Positions 22,921 to 37,256 of a DNA stretch of 64,000 bases are shown piece after piece (position 1 is the first letter of the stretch; the number at the start of each line of letters is the position of its first letter). The notes beneath the pieces are model-generated. The model was given only the letters and a program-made list of their open reading frames with translations. It had not been told where the DNA came from and made no database searches. The stretch is from Paragordius varius (taxonomy: Eukaryota; Animalia; Nematomorpha). Location: the NCBI GenBank assembly GCA_964247055.1, contig OZ176053.1, forward strand, positions 11,160,001-11,224,000, written 5' to 3'. A program made the translations under genes and the position numbers.

Positions 22921-25900
22921 TTTTCAGATTTTGTACTTTTTTGTTAAAATGATAATTATACAATTGTTTACATAATTTTTATATATTACTTAATTAACAC
23001 TGGAGAAATTATGTTGTTTGTTAAATTGATAAAATATTATTTTTTACTATATCTACAAAGTAGTTAGTTAGGTAAGGTACATGCAACTTTTAATGGTATT
23101 ATTTGAAACCTAAGCTTTATAAAAATTCAGAAAAAGCGTATGAGAGCTAACCTTAGTTTCTTTTTAAGAATTTGTTTAAAAACTCATTTTGACAGGACGA
23201 AGTAAATGAGGGAAACTTTTAAACGGCTATTATTGCATATGAGGCCAATTCATATTTTTCTAGTAGTTATTGTTGACTTAAATATTATATGGCCTTAACT
23301 TAGGTATCCGATCAAAATAAATGGGCCGATATCTTTGAACAATACGGAGGCCTGCCCTCTTCTTGTGTTAATGGACACTTTCTCATGAAACAAATTTATT
23401 CCAGGTTATTTATTAAAATTTTATATTTCTTTAACTAAATAAAAATTTTGAACCCAACAACATTCGGATATATTAAATCAATATAATGACAAACGTTGAT
23501 TTAGATTGATATAAATTAACAAATGATTAATGGTAGTTAAATGAAATTTTTTAAAATTTAACAACCACATTTTCCCTTTACTTTTTGTGGGATGTGCTTT
23601 TTGAAATTATTTTTCACTTCTATTCGATACTAATTCTCTATAAATATTACATAATTAAAGTTTATAAAACGCAAAAATTTAGGTATTTGGAAGCGTTTGA
23701 ACGCCATGAGCGAGGTGAAGGCTCTGATGAAACCAATACCGGATTTGGTAATACGAATGCTTCAATCGATGATGATTCGTGTAATCCTTATACACGGTCT
23801 GCCACATACAACAACAATAATAATATGGCTTCATCCAATTACGCTCGTAATATTTTCCCACCCATGATTGTAAACTCTCACCAAGCCTTGGATGTACACC
23901 AAAAATATCAGCAACAGAAAAATATGTTTGCTTACAAAGGTTCATAAATTACATAAACTTAGAAAAAGACATACTTTTATAACTCAAAAACTGATATAAA
24001 AGTCATTAAGACTTTTACTTTTAATATTTTTTGGGGACCGATTAATGCAAAACATTTATCCCAAGTATAAACTTTCTTATTAGAAGTGTTAATTTTTTAA
24101 GGTCAAATTGCTCTTTAGTGTTCATAATATAAAATTCTTTTTACCCTTATGCTAAAAATCTATTTTAATGGGATTAATACAATTTTATGACCTCCTACAT
24201 AAAATATGTTGTTTATTAATCTCCAAATAGTTAACCCATACAAATATGCCTGCCATAGACTACGGTTAAGTCTATTGTCCCCGTTCCCTAACGAGGTAAT
24301 GTTTGCCCTCGAATTTTTACACGGTTTATCTCAAGCCGAATGTGCCATGAATGAATTACAACATCTAACTACCCAATTACAATTACAGCAACAAATGCTG
24401 ACCACGGCAAATAAAGATGCTTGGACTCAAAACCATTATCAAGAATTGATTTTGCAATATAAATCCTTGAATAGGTTATTGCATGGTAATCAAAATCGGA
24501 CTTTGATTTCAAATCAACCAGCAGCCCCTGATTTAAACGTGTATTACACATTCTTGATCGATATTTTCAAGGGTGTCGTGGCTCAACAACAAAAAATTGC
24601 ACCGGATCAAGTTACGAGTATACCTAGCTATTATGCTTTCCTTAACACATGCGGTCAAATAAAAATGTTGGATGCCGTGATTGAAACAGTTTTGCCCGCA
24701 GAATTGTTCGTTGAAACTCCGTTTGACCAAGATGACCTAGATATTAATTCCTCTAAAACGGTTAAAGACAATAACAACCTTGGTAATAAGACAGTGCGTC
24801 GCATTGCAAATGATCCCTTTTATATGGCAATAAAGCAGTTTTGGAAACATCAAATAGATTTAAGCACGAAAGGTACATGGCTATAAATCAAAATTTAATT
24901 TTTGGCCTAATCTCTTTTATTTTTTACGGAGAACTTGTAAGACATTAACTTTCAATTAAGAATATATAATACATATATATTTTGTGAATAAAATTTTACG
25001 GCATTTTTAAGTTGTTAACTTATATTATTACAATCTTTACCTCCCTTTAATATTACAGATTCACCTCTGTGCCCATCAAAATATAACAATTCTATATTGA
25101 TTCGATTAGCAATTGTTATCGATATAATTAGAAACTGGTCATTTTTACCGGGGAATGGCCATGCTATGGCCAATAATATAGCATGCATTAGGTATGTTTC
25201 TTTATAAATTATGGTAAACTATAAAAAACGACATTTATTAGTTTAATTTTTTGATTTTGTATTTTAAAATATTAATCATATATTTCTATGATAACTTGTG
25301 CATTATTATCGATTCCATAGATTCCTTATCGTAATATGTCGAGCATGTAAATTATCAGCAGACTTTATAAATTCAACTCAAGACATAGTATCAAACATTA
25401 GTAAATACATGGATTTATCCTCTCTATCCAAACAAGATCCTAGAATTACTCAACTCTTTCTCACCATTTTTCTTGATGGAGCCTTTGATAATCGCTTTCA
25501 ATTAACACGATGTAAAATTTTTCTTTACATACATTTTCTAAAAATAAAATAAAAAATGGTAACTTTGTATAACCCTTTAACCCACAAATTTACAAAATAC
25601 TTTTCTAATTCAGATTTAGGTCAGGGGTGTCCAACACGCGGGCGACCCGCAAAAATTTAATCATCATTAAAATACAAAAAATGCTAATAAAATATTAAAA
25701 TTCATATTATTTTAACATTTTTCTGAATATGATTCTATCCAATTGGCATCGAACTAGAAAAAATAATTTTTTAAAATGTTTATAATTTAATAAATTTATC
25801 GATAAACACCCATATAATATCAAAGGCGACCTGCCGAATGTTTTGAGTCATAAATACGGATCGCGAAGCCATTTGTGGACATCCCTGCTTACACCCCCTA

Positions 25901-28900
25901 AAAACACATTTATTAAAAACATTTTTCAATATATATAGCTCTTGAAATTTATGGTAATTTATGTTATCAACCCGAACAAAATATGTCACATCTCTTGATG
26001 CATTTATCCGATGAAGTTTGCCAACAGATTATACAACAACTCCTTAAGGACTCTGATGTCACCGTTTTGTGTCGGACTTTGGAAACCTTGTACCAAATAA
26101 CTTTTTATGGGAAAGATACGTTAAATGATAGAATAGCCAATGTAACTGGTAGCATAGGTATACATTATTATTCATATTGATATATAATTTTTATAAGTTT
26201 TTTTTAAATGATTCATTTTTACTGTTAAAGAGAATAAATTTAATAATTTTTTAATGAAATCATATACGGTGGTGTATAAGGAGTAGGGTGTAAATAAGCT
26301 ACACGCTCAATTTATATTTTACAACATTATGATTAATATCGATCAAAAATATAGTTTCCTTATAAAAATAAACTTTGACATTTTATAAGTCATATGTTCA
26401 TCTTAAAGAGTTGATTACATTTTTATCTCATTTAAATATATTATTTTATTTTGGTTTACCCTTATTTGTTAATTTTTTTTCTTCTGCTATAAGATATTCT
26501 TATCAACCTTTTGAAATTTACATCGTCCCAGGCAATAACCAAAATGAATATATCATTTCCCATACGCGTTGAACAAAAAGTACATACAAATAATCCCACA
26601 TACATGCCTCCATCCCAACAAACAAAATTTTTTATAAATAAAAGTATATTTTATTGAAATTTAGTTATCAATAATTCATAATTTAACTATAAAAGTGCAA
26701 TTTTATCGTATATTTTTAACACATTCATACAAAATTTAATTTCTGAATCACATTTAAATTATAGAGGTTTGTGATTTGTTAACGCATAAATTTGACTTTA
26801 ATATTCTTAACAATATTATTTGAAATTATAATTATAGTATCGTTAAAATTTAAATAAGCTCTAATTTTTATATTCTATTTAAGTTTGATAATAACCTTTG
26901 TATATCATCAAAGTAAAACCATTGTTTTAATGCTTTAAATATTTGTATTTGCATTTGTATAATGAATAGTTATAAATTTGAATGGCTTGACTGCATTCAT
27001 AATCGTTTATTTTATACAAATTTTCGTTAATATCATAATAGTTAATAATCAATCTCAATCGCTGCATTATCAACCCCAACGTGTTGGCCCACCTAGTCGA
27101 CCATCCAGTCAACTAGCAATGTTACAACAATCTAATCCACAAGGCGCCCTTATGTTTCAATCACAAAATGTGACATCTAATGCAAATGCTTTTCATTCTA
27201 ACCCAATTCTCATAGGTTTGGAAACTGGAACAGGTGATCATCACACCCCACAGTCTAAAGATGTGAATGCCACCAAAATGTACTATCAAAATGATCTCAA
27301 ACACACATTCAGTATTAATACCCATTTAGCTGTTGGTAATAATAATAATAATTTGAGTTTGTCGACTCAAACGCTCCTCACTACCCCTAATAATATGAAT
27401 CTGCCCGCCGATAGGTTATTGGCGAATAGAATGGGAGATGGGCCTTCTCACCATCTTAACCACCACTTTGGCCTCTCATCACAAAGTATGTAAACTTGGA
27501 AAATTAAGATTGTTGTATTTAATTAAAAGAATGTATGTTAAATATAAATAATGTTTTATGTTGTTTTAACCTATTTTAAACAATTTGTTTCATATTCTCT
27601 GCTTTATTTTTGTTTGAAAAGAGTATTATTCGATAAATCTAATTGTTCTGTTCATTAATTTTATTTTAGATTCAAAACGGTCATGCCGGTCAAATCGTGA
27701 TATTCTTCGAGAAGTGGGGTATAGCAAGTCAAATAGGGTTAAACGTCACCCTATGCCTCAAAATATTGAAAGTCCCGGAGCATTTAATCATAATATCAGG
27801 TTTTAGACTCAAATTTAATTACTAATTTTTTGATTTAAGTTTTTTGTTATACAAAATGCATATTTATGGCGGTTGTAATTTTGCATTACAGTCATTATAA
27901 TTCAAACGCGGCAGCGAAATTAAATGAAAGCACTTATTCTGCGTCAACTCCTTTGAGTGTAAAGCAAGAAGAGACTGCCTCTATAGATTCTGATTCAAGG
28001 TATGAATATTACTTTTATAATCTTACATTATTTGAATAAAATTTATATATATTTAACCTTTTTTCAAGTAAATCACGTGAATGCGAAAGATGGTTTTTTA
28101 TCTTGATACGTTTTGCTGTATATACCTATTTCTATATATCATGATAGGGATCAAACTAGCATAGTGAATACACCACAAAAATTTGTCAGAAACAGTGATG
28201 GTAGTGGTAATTTGTTCAAAACACCAACGAATCCAAGGTTTTTCTAATCATATTAAAATTTTGATGAAATCCGTGAAATATTGATAGAAACGAAAATAAA
28301 ATTAGAAATTTTTTTTGATATCATTTTCGTTTGTACCTTTATTTCACGGATTTAACAACCGGTAATTGAAAACAATATTAATCCGCCATCATTTATCATT
28401 AAAATAAAATTTTGGTTAAATTATTTATCATTTTAAGAATAATATGATATTCCATTCCTTAGCCCTGGTGTTCGGAGTTTGGGATCTTCTGGCGGTTCTG
28501 CTCCAATGTTTGGAAGGTCTTACAACAGTGGAAGTGAACGCAGTGTTAAACATTCCTCTCCATCCATCAGCTTTTCCGCCAATAATAAATTACATTTTGA
28601 GGCTGCCCGCTACGCTGAACGATGGTAAGTTTATATATATAAACCACAACAAAACACAAGAAGCGGTAAAAGAGTATATTAAATATAAAAAATTATGAAT
28701 TCGTTTTATGTAACCTATCGTTTTGGGATCGCGAAATAAGGGATAGATTGAAAATGGTAACAAATTTTATTATATTTCACAATTTTTATTGCATAGTTTA
28801 AATAGATCTAAAGGTAAATATGGGCATTACGTTAAAAATGTATTAGGTTGCTCTTTATTGTAATTATAAATGTCATTTTTACTATTATTCAATCTTTTCA

Positions 28901-31900
28901 TTTAATTTTTTATAACGACCCTATATATATATATATATATATAAGGTTTCGAGCATATTATGAACCTGGGCCAGGTCTCACTCCTCGTGCAGAAATGTTG
29001 AATTGCTATTTTACTTATGGGAGACGGTTTTTTAGAGAATCTTTTCGACCGCTTAAATATACATCCCTGTGCAATTGTATAAAGTAAACAATTTTTTAGT
29101 TTATTTTATGTTTTGGTAATTTTAAATCATTTTTTTGTCGTTTAAATTTTGAGTAAGAATTATTATCCAAAATAAATATAAAAATTATATTAGGAGAGCT
29201 CTCCCTACAGGAAAACTTATTAGAAGAATCCGAGATAACGGACAATTACAAGTTTTGGTTGAAGGGATACGGAAAAGGGCTGTTCCCCTACCACTCGATA
29301 AAGGTTTATATTTTTTATAGGAGATACATAATTTTTGTAAAAATTTTGTGCACATTATTATATATGTTTATATATTGTCTCCATAGTGCCTCAACTTACA
29401 CCACAAGAGTACAGTTTAAACTTGAAAAAACGTTCAGCCAGTCCCTGTACAATGCGTGATGATGAGCTTTATGGTGATAAGATCACAGAAGAAAAAATTG
29501 GGAACGATTTGAATTTAACAACTTCTCCGAATTCATTTAACGCTGGCGGCCATATAATTAAAGATGCCATGCCCTTAGAAAATTTTAGTAAGCTCCCTTT
29601 ATTGGGTGGTACAAGTAGCCAGGATTTATCTTCATTACCCAAAATCAAGGATGAAATGATTTTCGATTCCTCGTGCAATGAATCAAAGTAAGAAGCAATC
29701 GATAAACATTTTTTATGTAATTTATTATTTTTTTAAATTATTATTGGAAAAAAACCCCTAATATTGTTAATAGATTATTTAAAAGAAATTTAGAGTATAA
29801 AATATTGTTTAAGAGTATTCCATGTATCTCTAGAGTTTAAAACTTAACGTGTTAATAAGGATACATTTTTTTCATTTTTTGCCTTACAAATGATTAAAAC
29901 ATTTTTATAATTCTATACAGTCATAGGTGTGCGGTTTGTCTTTTCAGTATGTAAAACCTACTGAAGAAACGGTAACAATTCAAATTTATGCTTCTATCCT
30001 AATAAAAATTATATAAATATGCCAAAATATATAAATAGAATAAGCGGTTTATTTTATATTGTTTTCCAATTTTACCATTGTACACATGTCACGTTGTAAA
30101 TTTTAACCTTTCGGTTTTAGCTTAAAATAAGTAATATCAAGTAGTATTGAATAAAAATTTTTATATATTGTTGATTAATGTTATATAAGTGCAAAATTTT
30201 TCCAGGTTTTGATCCCTTCCATATTTTTCACAGATTTCAACTTTAAACAGGCCTGGGGTATGCAACTACCCCAATTTGAATCAAAGGACTATAATGAATA
30301 TGTTGTATCCAAGTGTTAAAATACAATAGAAATATATTATTAACAATGAAAAAAAAATAAAAAAGAATCTGACTTATGTTATGTGTTATATTTAGCTTTG
30401 ATGCCAGACAATATCAGCAGCAAACACCTCCCTACCCTAACCCTACTATGCATGGGGATCGGGACAGCGTTCTTCTCCCCATCAACCATATTCCTTCAAA
30501 CATTGTTTCACCATTCAGTTTACAGGCTCAAACTCTAATTGTAGGTGATAGTATGCACAGCACTTGCTCTAACACCTCAGTTTCACAAAGGGGCCGACCC
30601 AAAAAAGTAATGAAGTCAGCAGTCACCAATCTTTCAACAACGATCGTTGATTTGAATGGCACTTCTCATCAGTCCACAAATTCTTTGGGTGGTAATAGTG
30701 AACCGGTCCGTAAACATCATGGGAGACCTAAAGGCGCTTTTGGGGTCAGGAAGCGACGATTGCTTGAATCCTTAGATCCAAATAGTCCCGAATATAAAAA
30801 GTAAGAAAAATAGGGGAGATTATGCACATTAAAATTATATATTTGTAGATTCAAATCATTATTTTTTTATCACCTATATCCCAATAAGTTAAACATTTTT
30901 TAATTGTGATTTTATTAGATAAATGCGTATGTATCCCTTTTTACTTTTTTATAACAGAATACAACAAGGTAATCTCAAGTTCCGTAAACATAGCATTGAT
31001 CATATTGGTAAAACACCACCATTGGCCGATATAAATAAAAATTTGGTTAATGGTTCCTCCAGTCAGCTTTCGGACGAAACATCTTCGAGTTTAAAAACTA
31101 CACTGTGCTCCGAACAATCAAATAAACCCGAAACATCTAATTCTCTTGATTCAAATCCTAGTGCGAGTTGTATAAGTCAAAATATGGTGGATCAAACACT
31201 GTCTATATCAACGGTTGAACAGTGTGCAAAATATATGGACAGTAAAAATAACTCGTCTGTCCTGACATCTACTTGTAGTACAGTTACCCTTTTTGCGGAA
31301 ACGCATTCTATAAATGTTACATCCTCGCCAATTACAACAAATTTTTCAGGTATGGGCACACAACTTGCTATAGACAAGACTAATGAATCAACATTTAAAA
31401 TTTCTAATTACTCCGAAATTAAAGAAAATATAATCACAAATGGTTGCCATAACAACAGTAGCTCAAACCATAGTAACACCTTATTAGTGAATACGATTCA
31501 AATTGAAACGACAAACGATGAAGATTCATCTAATGCTTTGTTGACAGATTTTCCGCTCCTCCAAGCCAGGTTACAAACCAATAGAACGACATCACTTATC
31601 TCAGCAAATTCAACATCATTAAGTTTAGCCTCAACAAATATTACTGGTAATATAGGTTATCCTATCACATCTCTCAATCATGCGGATGTGAATAAAACCA
31701 AAAAATCAGATACGCAATTACTGGATAAAATTTTAGGGTTTGATGATTCAAAAAGTCCTGCTACCGCCCATAGGCCCATGTATGCTCCAGATGATGCTAA
31801 AGAAACGTTGGAAGAACATCCCATGGATATTGACATTGATATCAATGAAACTTCCATTTCTACCACCCTTGTGCATTCGCCCAATAATAAAATTGCAAAG

Positions 31901-34812
31901 GATACTCGGGATATTAACGTTAATACGACAATACAAGTCTCTGAACAAAATGGAGATATATCACCCTATAATATAAAGGTTAATAAATCAATTGATTTCT
32001 TATTTAACCACTTTTTTCGTCAAAAAATTTAATTGTAGATTATTAGGTAAACCTATTTTTTAAATATTTTTAAAAATACATTCCATAGCTAAGATTTTAA
32101 TTGGACCTTTAGAAAAGCTACGCATTATATTTCAATATTAAATGGTATACACCCATATATAAATTTTATTTTTAGAATACAACTCTTGAAGATCATGGTA
32201 ATGAACATTCAAATCTCGCTGATCATAATACACCTGAAACGACGACATCCAGTAAAGCGAAAATTAATTCAGTGCCACAGAATAATAACGCATATCCTGA
32301 TACAAACATTGAGGAGTCAGGCACCGACGCAATGGAATTAGATATGGAAGTTATGACTATGTCAACTAACATACACATAACTGATGATATTGCACCAACA
32401 AATAGGGTTAAACAAAATGGTGTACAATTTCCTAATACTATATCTACAAACGATACCTTTCAAAACACTTCGTATTCTTATCTAAATGAAGACAAACCTT
32501 TGGAAAAATGTAATCTCGTTCCAATAGTTAGCCAATCAGCAGAAAATTTAGGGAATCCCATATCTAGTGTCTCAGAGAAAACATGTGGAATGAGTCCAGT
32601 TCAGGCAGATAAATTAAAGGCATCACCCAAGCAGCATACTCTAAATGGGTTAATAATGCCACATTATAAGGCTCATAAAACACATCTTGAAAAAGAAACT
32701 AATATACATCATGTTTTATCGAGCCCTCAAACTTTTCCCCAACAAATTCCAGATCAAAATATGTTAACCACTACTAATAATCTTAAAATGCCATCTAATA
32801 AGGATGCTGAAATGGAAAACATAGATATGTCTAAAAAGGATTATAATATTGTTACAAGTGTTTTAAACACTATTCTTGAAAACATATGCAATTCGCCAAC
32901 AAAATCTTTTGATGCTGACGGCATCGATGGTATTGAAACAAAAGATGACATCCGGCTCGATCCTATAAAAGCTTATCAATGTGCATGGGAAGGATGTGAT
33001 AGGTTCTATTATCTATATTTTTATGTTTAATAAACAGATAATATAAATAATATCTCCTCCCAAAAATAAAATATAAAATGATGAAAATATTATTGTAGGT
33101 TAAATTTGAAATATAAATGTTTTGGTTTTTTTTGTTTATCTAGTTGTCATACATAATTACCGTATTTTTTAAATTAATTTAGTCTGAAAATTTTATTCTT
33201 ATGCAAATATGCTTTATCCCGGTAACCGCTGCTTATCTTTAAGTTTTATCTTGGTCTTGGCAATTAAATACTTTTTGATTAAGCAGTCATTAGTTGGCAT
33301 CAAATCACTGATTCTGCATCTAAACATATCTCGAAACATACTGAAATAATGTATAAAAAACAACACTAACTGATATATGATAATTCTTTAAATTAGTAAT
33401 TTATTGGTGAATACTAATATTTTTTATCTGAGGAACACCCATTTTTTAAAACGATTATTTTGATCTTTGTTAAACCTTTATTCCTTCACACAGAAAAGCA
33501 TTAACGCCTCAATCCCTCATTGCTCACATATATTTTGATCATGCCACCGTGCCAGAATCATCCATTAATGAATCCCTCAATCATCAATTACACTCGAATA
33601 TTCCGACACTATGTTTGTGGAAAAATTGTAATCAAAATTACATGGGAAAATACTTTACGAAAACGCCACAACAACAGCAATCGATTGCACGTCAAAAATA
33701 TTCTTTGGCTAACCATTTATTGGTATATATCTTTTTTATTTATATTTTTGATTTGAAATGGTATTGTAGTGTAAATTTAATATTCTTAAAAAATTACTTT
33801 AAAATTATAATTTAATTTAGCTAGCAACCTTAATCCTATGTAAATATATTTCGATGATAAAATATTAATATTATAGCTAATTTTTGTTTGATTGTAGGAA
33901 ACACATTGTACCCATGCTCAAATTGCAAAACTTGAAATGTGCGTAACCGATCCGATCGAAATTCAAAATATTTTATCGTTCGAAAATTCTAATGCATCTC
34001 ATTTAAGTAAGTTCTTTGTATTTATTAGTCTTTGTTATACACTTTCTCTATGATGATTTAAAAATTTATTCGATTCCATTTAATTATTTAATTTATATTT
34101 TCTTAGAGTATGATATGAAGAAAGAGACAAAATATGGACCGCCCGATCAAGCTGCCATACAAACTATGTACCGTTATTTTGCCCAATCGTTGTCTAATAC
34201 GCCTTATTTAGCGGAAGAGCTTGGCCTTACTATTGGAAATAAGGTATAAGTTTTTTTCTTCATATTTATTAAAGAATTTTTTCAAAATAATATTTAATGA
34301 ATTTTTAATTGGTTGCTTTTATTGAATGTAGACGAATGACATTGAATATAATCTTAATCTCAATGTCCGATATATGGCCGCACTTGTTTTACGCAATATT
34401 GCCGTTAATTCGCCGAGAGTTGGACAAAGGTTGTTTTTCATAATTACTATATTTAAATTAATAAAAAATTTTTGGATTTTAGAAATTTCTCATTTTTTTA
34501 TTTGCTGATTTTTGAAGTTTGTTGACATTGAATATTTGATATTTAATAGCTAGATGGTTTAAGATTAGAAATGTTTCCAAGTTAATTATACTTTAAACCA
34601 TTGTTTAGATTTTTTTAAATTAACCCTTTACAATATTTTGATGGGTATATAGATATGTAAATTTATATTGTGTTTATTGTAGAAAAATCAAATTATATGA
34701 ACATGTGTTGGTATCACAAGCATTTACACCCACTGACATAAGTAAAATCATTAGCCAAATTTTGTGGGAAATACAATCGAATAGTTTATCCCGTCATATT
34801 GGCAATCTTTGA
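22116..34812 (+). CDS. ARID2: AT-rich interactive domain protein 2 (PBAF subunit BAF200)
   Basis: ARID domain: MDKNATFYQKLTAFYHNKG|ISFEYEPRIGGTKLCLEKVYGLVQNMGGSSK|VSDQNKWADIFEQYGGLPSSCVNGHFLMKQIYSR|YLEAFERHE. ARM region: RLRLSLLSPFPNEVMFAL, IIRNWSF, LETLYQI. RFX-like winged helix: RW|FRAYYEPGPGLTPRAEMLNCY...GIRKRAVPLP. C2H2 fingers: YQCAWEGC, LCLWKNC. C-terminus: AALVLRNIA...LYEHVL...ISKIISQILWEI, ending TGA at 34810-34812. Confidence 0.93.
22889..22918. repeat. (TA)n microsatellite; further tracts at about 28922-28943, 40330-40364 and 51769-51832
   Basis: Direct reading of perfect dinucleotide runs. Confidence 0.95.
25622..25650 (+). mobile_element. hAT-like terminal sequence (remnant)
   Basis: caggggtgtccaacacgcgggcgacccgc resembles CAGGGGTGTCCAA...GCGGCCCGC-type hAT/Charlie termini. 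A related end lies at 43120-43185 on the minus strand. Confidence 0.45.
29953..30320 (+). repeat. Dispersed non-autonomous element of about 370-580 bp, copy 1 of 3 (internally deleted)
   Basis: Colinear with 40560-41065 (+) and 47887-48470 (-). Shared blocks include tttatgcttctatcctaat, ttttaccattg, cctttcgg.tttagcttaaaat and taccccaatttgaatc. Confidence 0.8.
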
Positions 34813-35324
34813 TGCCTCCAAAGCAGAATAGTAGAAGGAATTTAGCGTTTTATTAGTAAATAACTTAGATCCACCATTTTTTATTGTATGGTCTCAATAT
34901 TTATTTATGCTACATAACGGTGTGATAATGGATGTTTTACTATGTATTTGTAAATATTTTTAAAATACAAATATATCTTTTTTATCTTATGCATTACTTA
35001 CTTCTTTAATAAATGATGTTACAATGCTTAAAAATGTCGTTTGTTTTATGTACATGTTGGGTTTTCAACCGTTAAAAAATATTTATCAGTCTGAGGATTT
35101 AATTCATATCATAAGCGGATATCATTACCAAAGATGAAGTAAACCGTTTTAATTGGTTTTAAAATTTGATGAAAAATGGAAAGTTTTTTATTTTTCTTAA
35201 TTTGAGTCTTAGAACACTATTTAAAAAAATAATCACCTGTAAATATTTATGAAGGTTTTTTAATTTTTTATATACTAATCGGTAACATCTACGGTCTTAA
35301 ATACATTCATAACTGGCCAAACCC

Positions 35325-35945
35325 AACCCCATCATTCATCATCATTCATTTGTATTGGGATTCGCCATTAAATGACGATACACCCGTTTTTTCCAATCTT
35401 TCCTTGCTCTCTCTAATTCTAGATTTAAATTAAGCGATTGAGGTTTTTGCTATTGTGTTGAGCCATGTGGTATGGGGTCGGCCGGATTTTGCTGGTAGTT
35501 CAACCGAGTTATTTTTCATAGTTTTAAGAATGTGATTATCTTGTCGTCTTTTAACATGTCCAGCCCATTGTAACGGGAGATCCCTGATAACGTTGTTGAT
35601 GGGGTTGAGATTGAGTATATGGTACGGGTTTTTGGATTCGGAATAATTGAATTTTGATGGAATGTATGCGAATAATATTGTTTTCAGTAATTTTGATTCA
35701 GCGTTTATGAGTTTGGATTCATTTGTTTTTGACATCGGCCAGGATCCGGATCCGTATATAAGGACGGGACTAATGGCTGTTGTGTAAATGGCACACTTAG
35801 TTTGTAGTTTGACGAATTTCTTATTATTTTTAACCTATGGTATTTTTTCCAAGTTAGTGATATGCGATGTTTTATTACAAATTCTATTCCATCACCGGCT
35901 GATATCATATCGCCCAAGTAGCAGAAAGTCCTTATTGTTTCCATA
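35325..35945 (-). mobile_element. 5'-truncated RTE-like non-LTR retrotransposon fragment (C-terminal part of reverse transcriptase, frameshifted)
   Basis: METIRTFCYLGDMISAGDG...RISLTWKKY; after one frameshift TAISPVLIYGSGSWPMSK...KLINAESKLL...LQWAGHVKRR...SGRPHTTWLNTI; followed by a (TGA/ATG)-rich simple-repeat tail near 35330-35350. Confidence 0.85.
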
Positions 35946-37256
35946 TTGAAAGGGCCAACCCTAGTTATTTATTAAATTATAGGAGGTTATCACACAACAT
36001 AATTTTTGTAACACCATCTTGTCGTTTCATAAATTCCTCGGGTGCTATTAAATATATAACTAGGTAAGGGCCATAAGTAAAAAATAGAAAGGATGTTCCT
36101 ATTTAAGGCGTCGTTAAAACAATACCATGCATGTCGTTGTATATTTGATGATACCCATCAAAGGAACACCTAAAAAACTATTGATAAATATAAATACACA
36201 GCTTTGAATAACTTAAGAAAGATAGTAATATATTTTCAGAATCCAAACTTTTGGATCTTAATAAGGTATCAAGATGATAGATTATAAAATGTATGAGGAT
36301 CAAACATTTTTCACACCGAGTTGATAGTTAATATTTAGAAGAGTTACAAGATCTCAAATTTGGATTATTTAAATTAAGGGGTGTTTGCCTTACTCAATGG
36401 ACAGCATTAAGAAATATATTATAATGTAAAAGCATTTGAATGGTTGGCTCTCAGTATTATCTTGTTTCTTAATTGGTGTAAGAGAAATGTTATTTGACGA
36501 AATTTTACTGTTTAATTTAAATAAAGTGGTGTATTACAAAATAAGCAATCAATCGGTGTTTATTTACACCATTTTATAAATTCTATAATGTTAAATATGA
36601 GGAAAAACTATATGATTAATAATCCTTTTTAGATACATATATATTCAAAATATGTAAAAATATTTTTGATAATAAGTATCTTATACGAGTAAGCTATATT
36701 GCGAATATTTTATGAAGTCTGATACTGCATCTAATAAAAAACATTAAAAAAACTTAATTTAAAAGAGTAAAAAACATCAACGCGCAACATTAAAAAAAGT
36801 TTTAGTTTAAATTATTTTTGAGTGTTATTATAATAACGTGATTATGGTAATATATATTTAACTATGAATGCGCTTTACCAAGAGCAAAGCAAATATTTGG
36901 AAATAGCCCCGACTGGTAATTATGACCAACAAAACTATTAATTACCAAGCAATTAATTCAAATTCGTTATGAAAACCCAGAACTTTGGTTTATACTTTGA
37001 GTCCTATATGAATCGAAGGATTCAGCAATTTTATATTTAAATCATTTTTGCATTTTTATTAATAATCATTGTGACAGATACTATCATGTATTAATAATGT
37101 TGGCGAGATTTATTCATTCAATTACATAAAATAATATACTAATGAATTTTAATTAAAAAATATGATAAATATGTTTTATATGTGATAATTATTAAACGTG
37201 ATACAATGTGATAAATATTATTTAGCAAATATAAACGAGTTAAAATATATAATATA

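Noticed and set aside
36200-36520. Possible small gene with micro-introns, or a reverse-transcriptase remnant
   Set aside because: No consistent spliced frame could be built. The RT-like words (KMYEDQ, LFDEILL) are too degraded to support a call.
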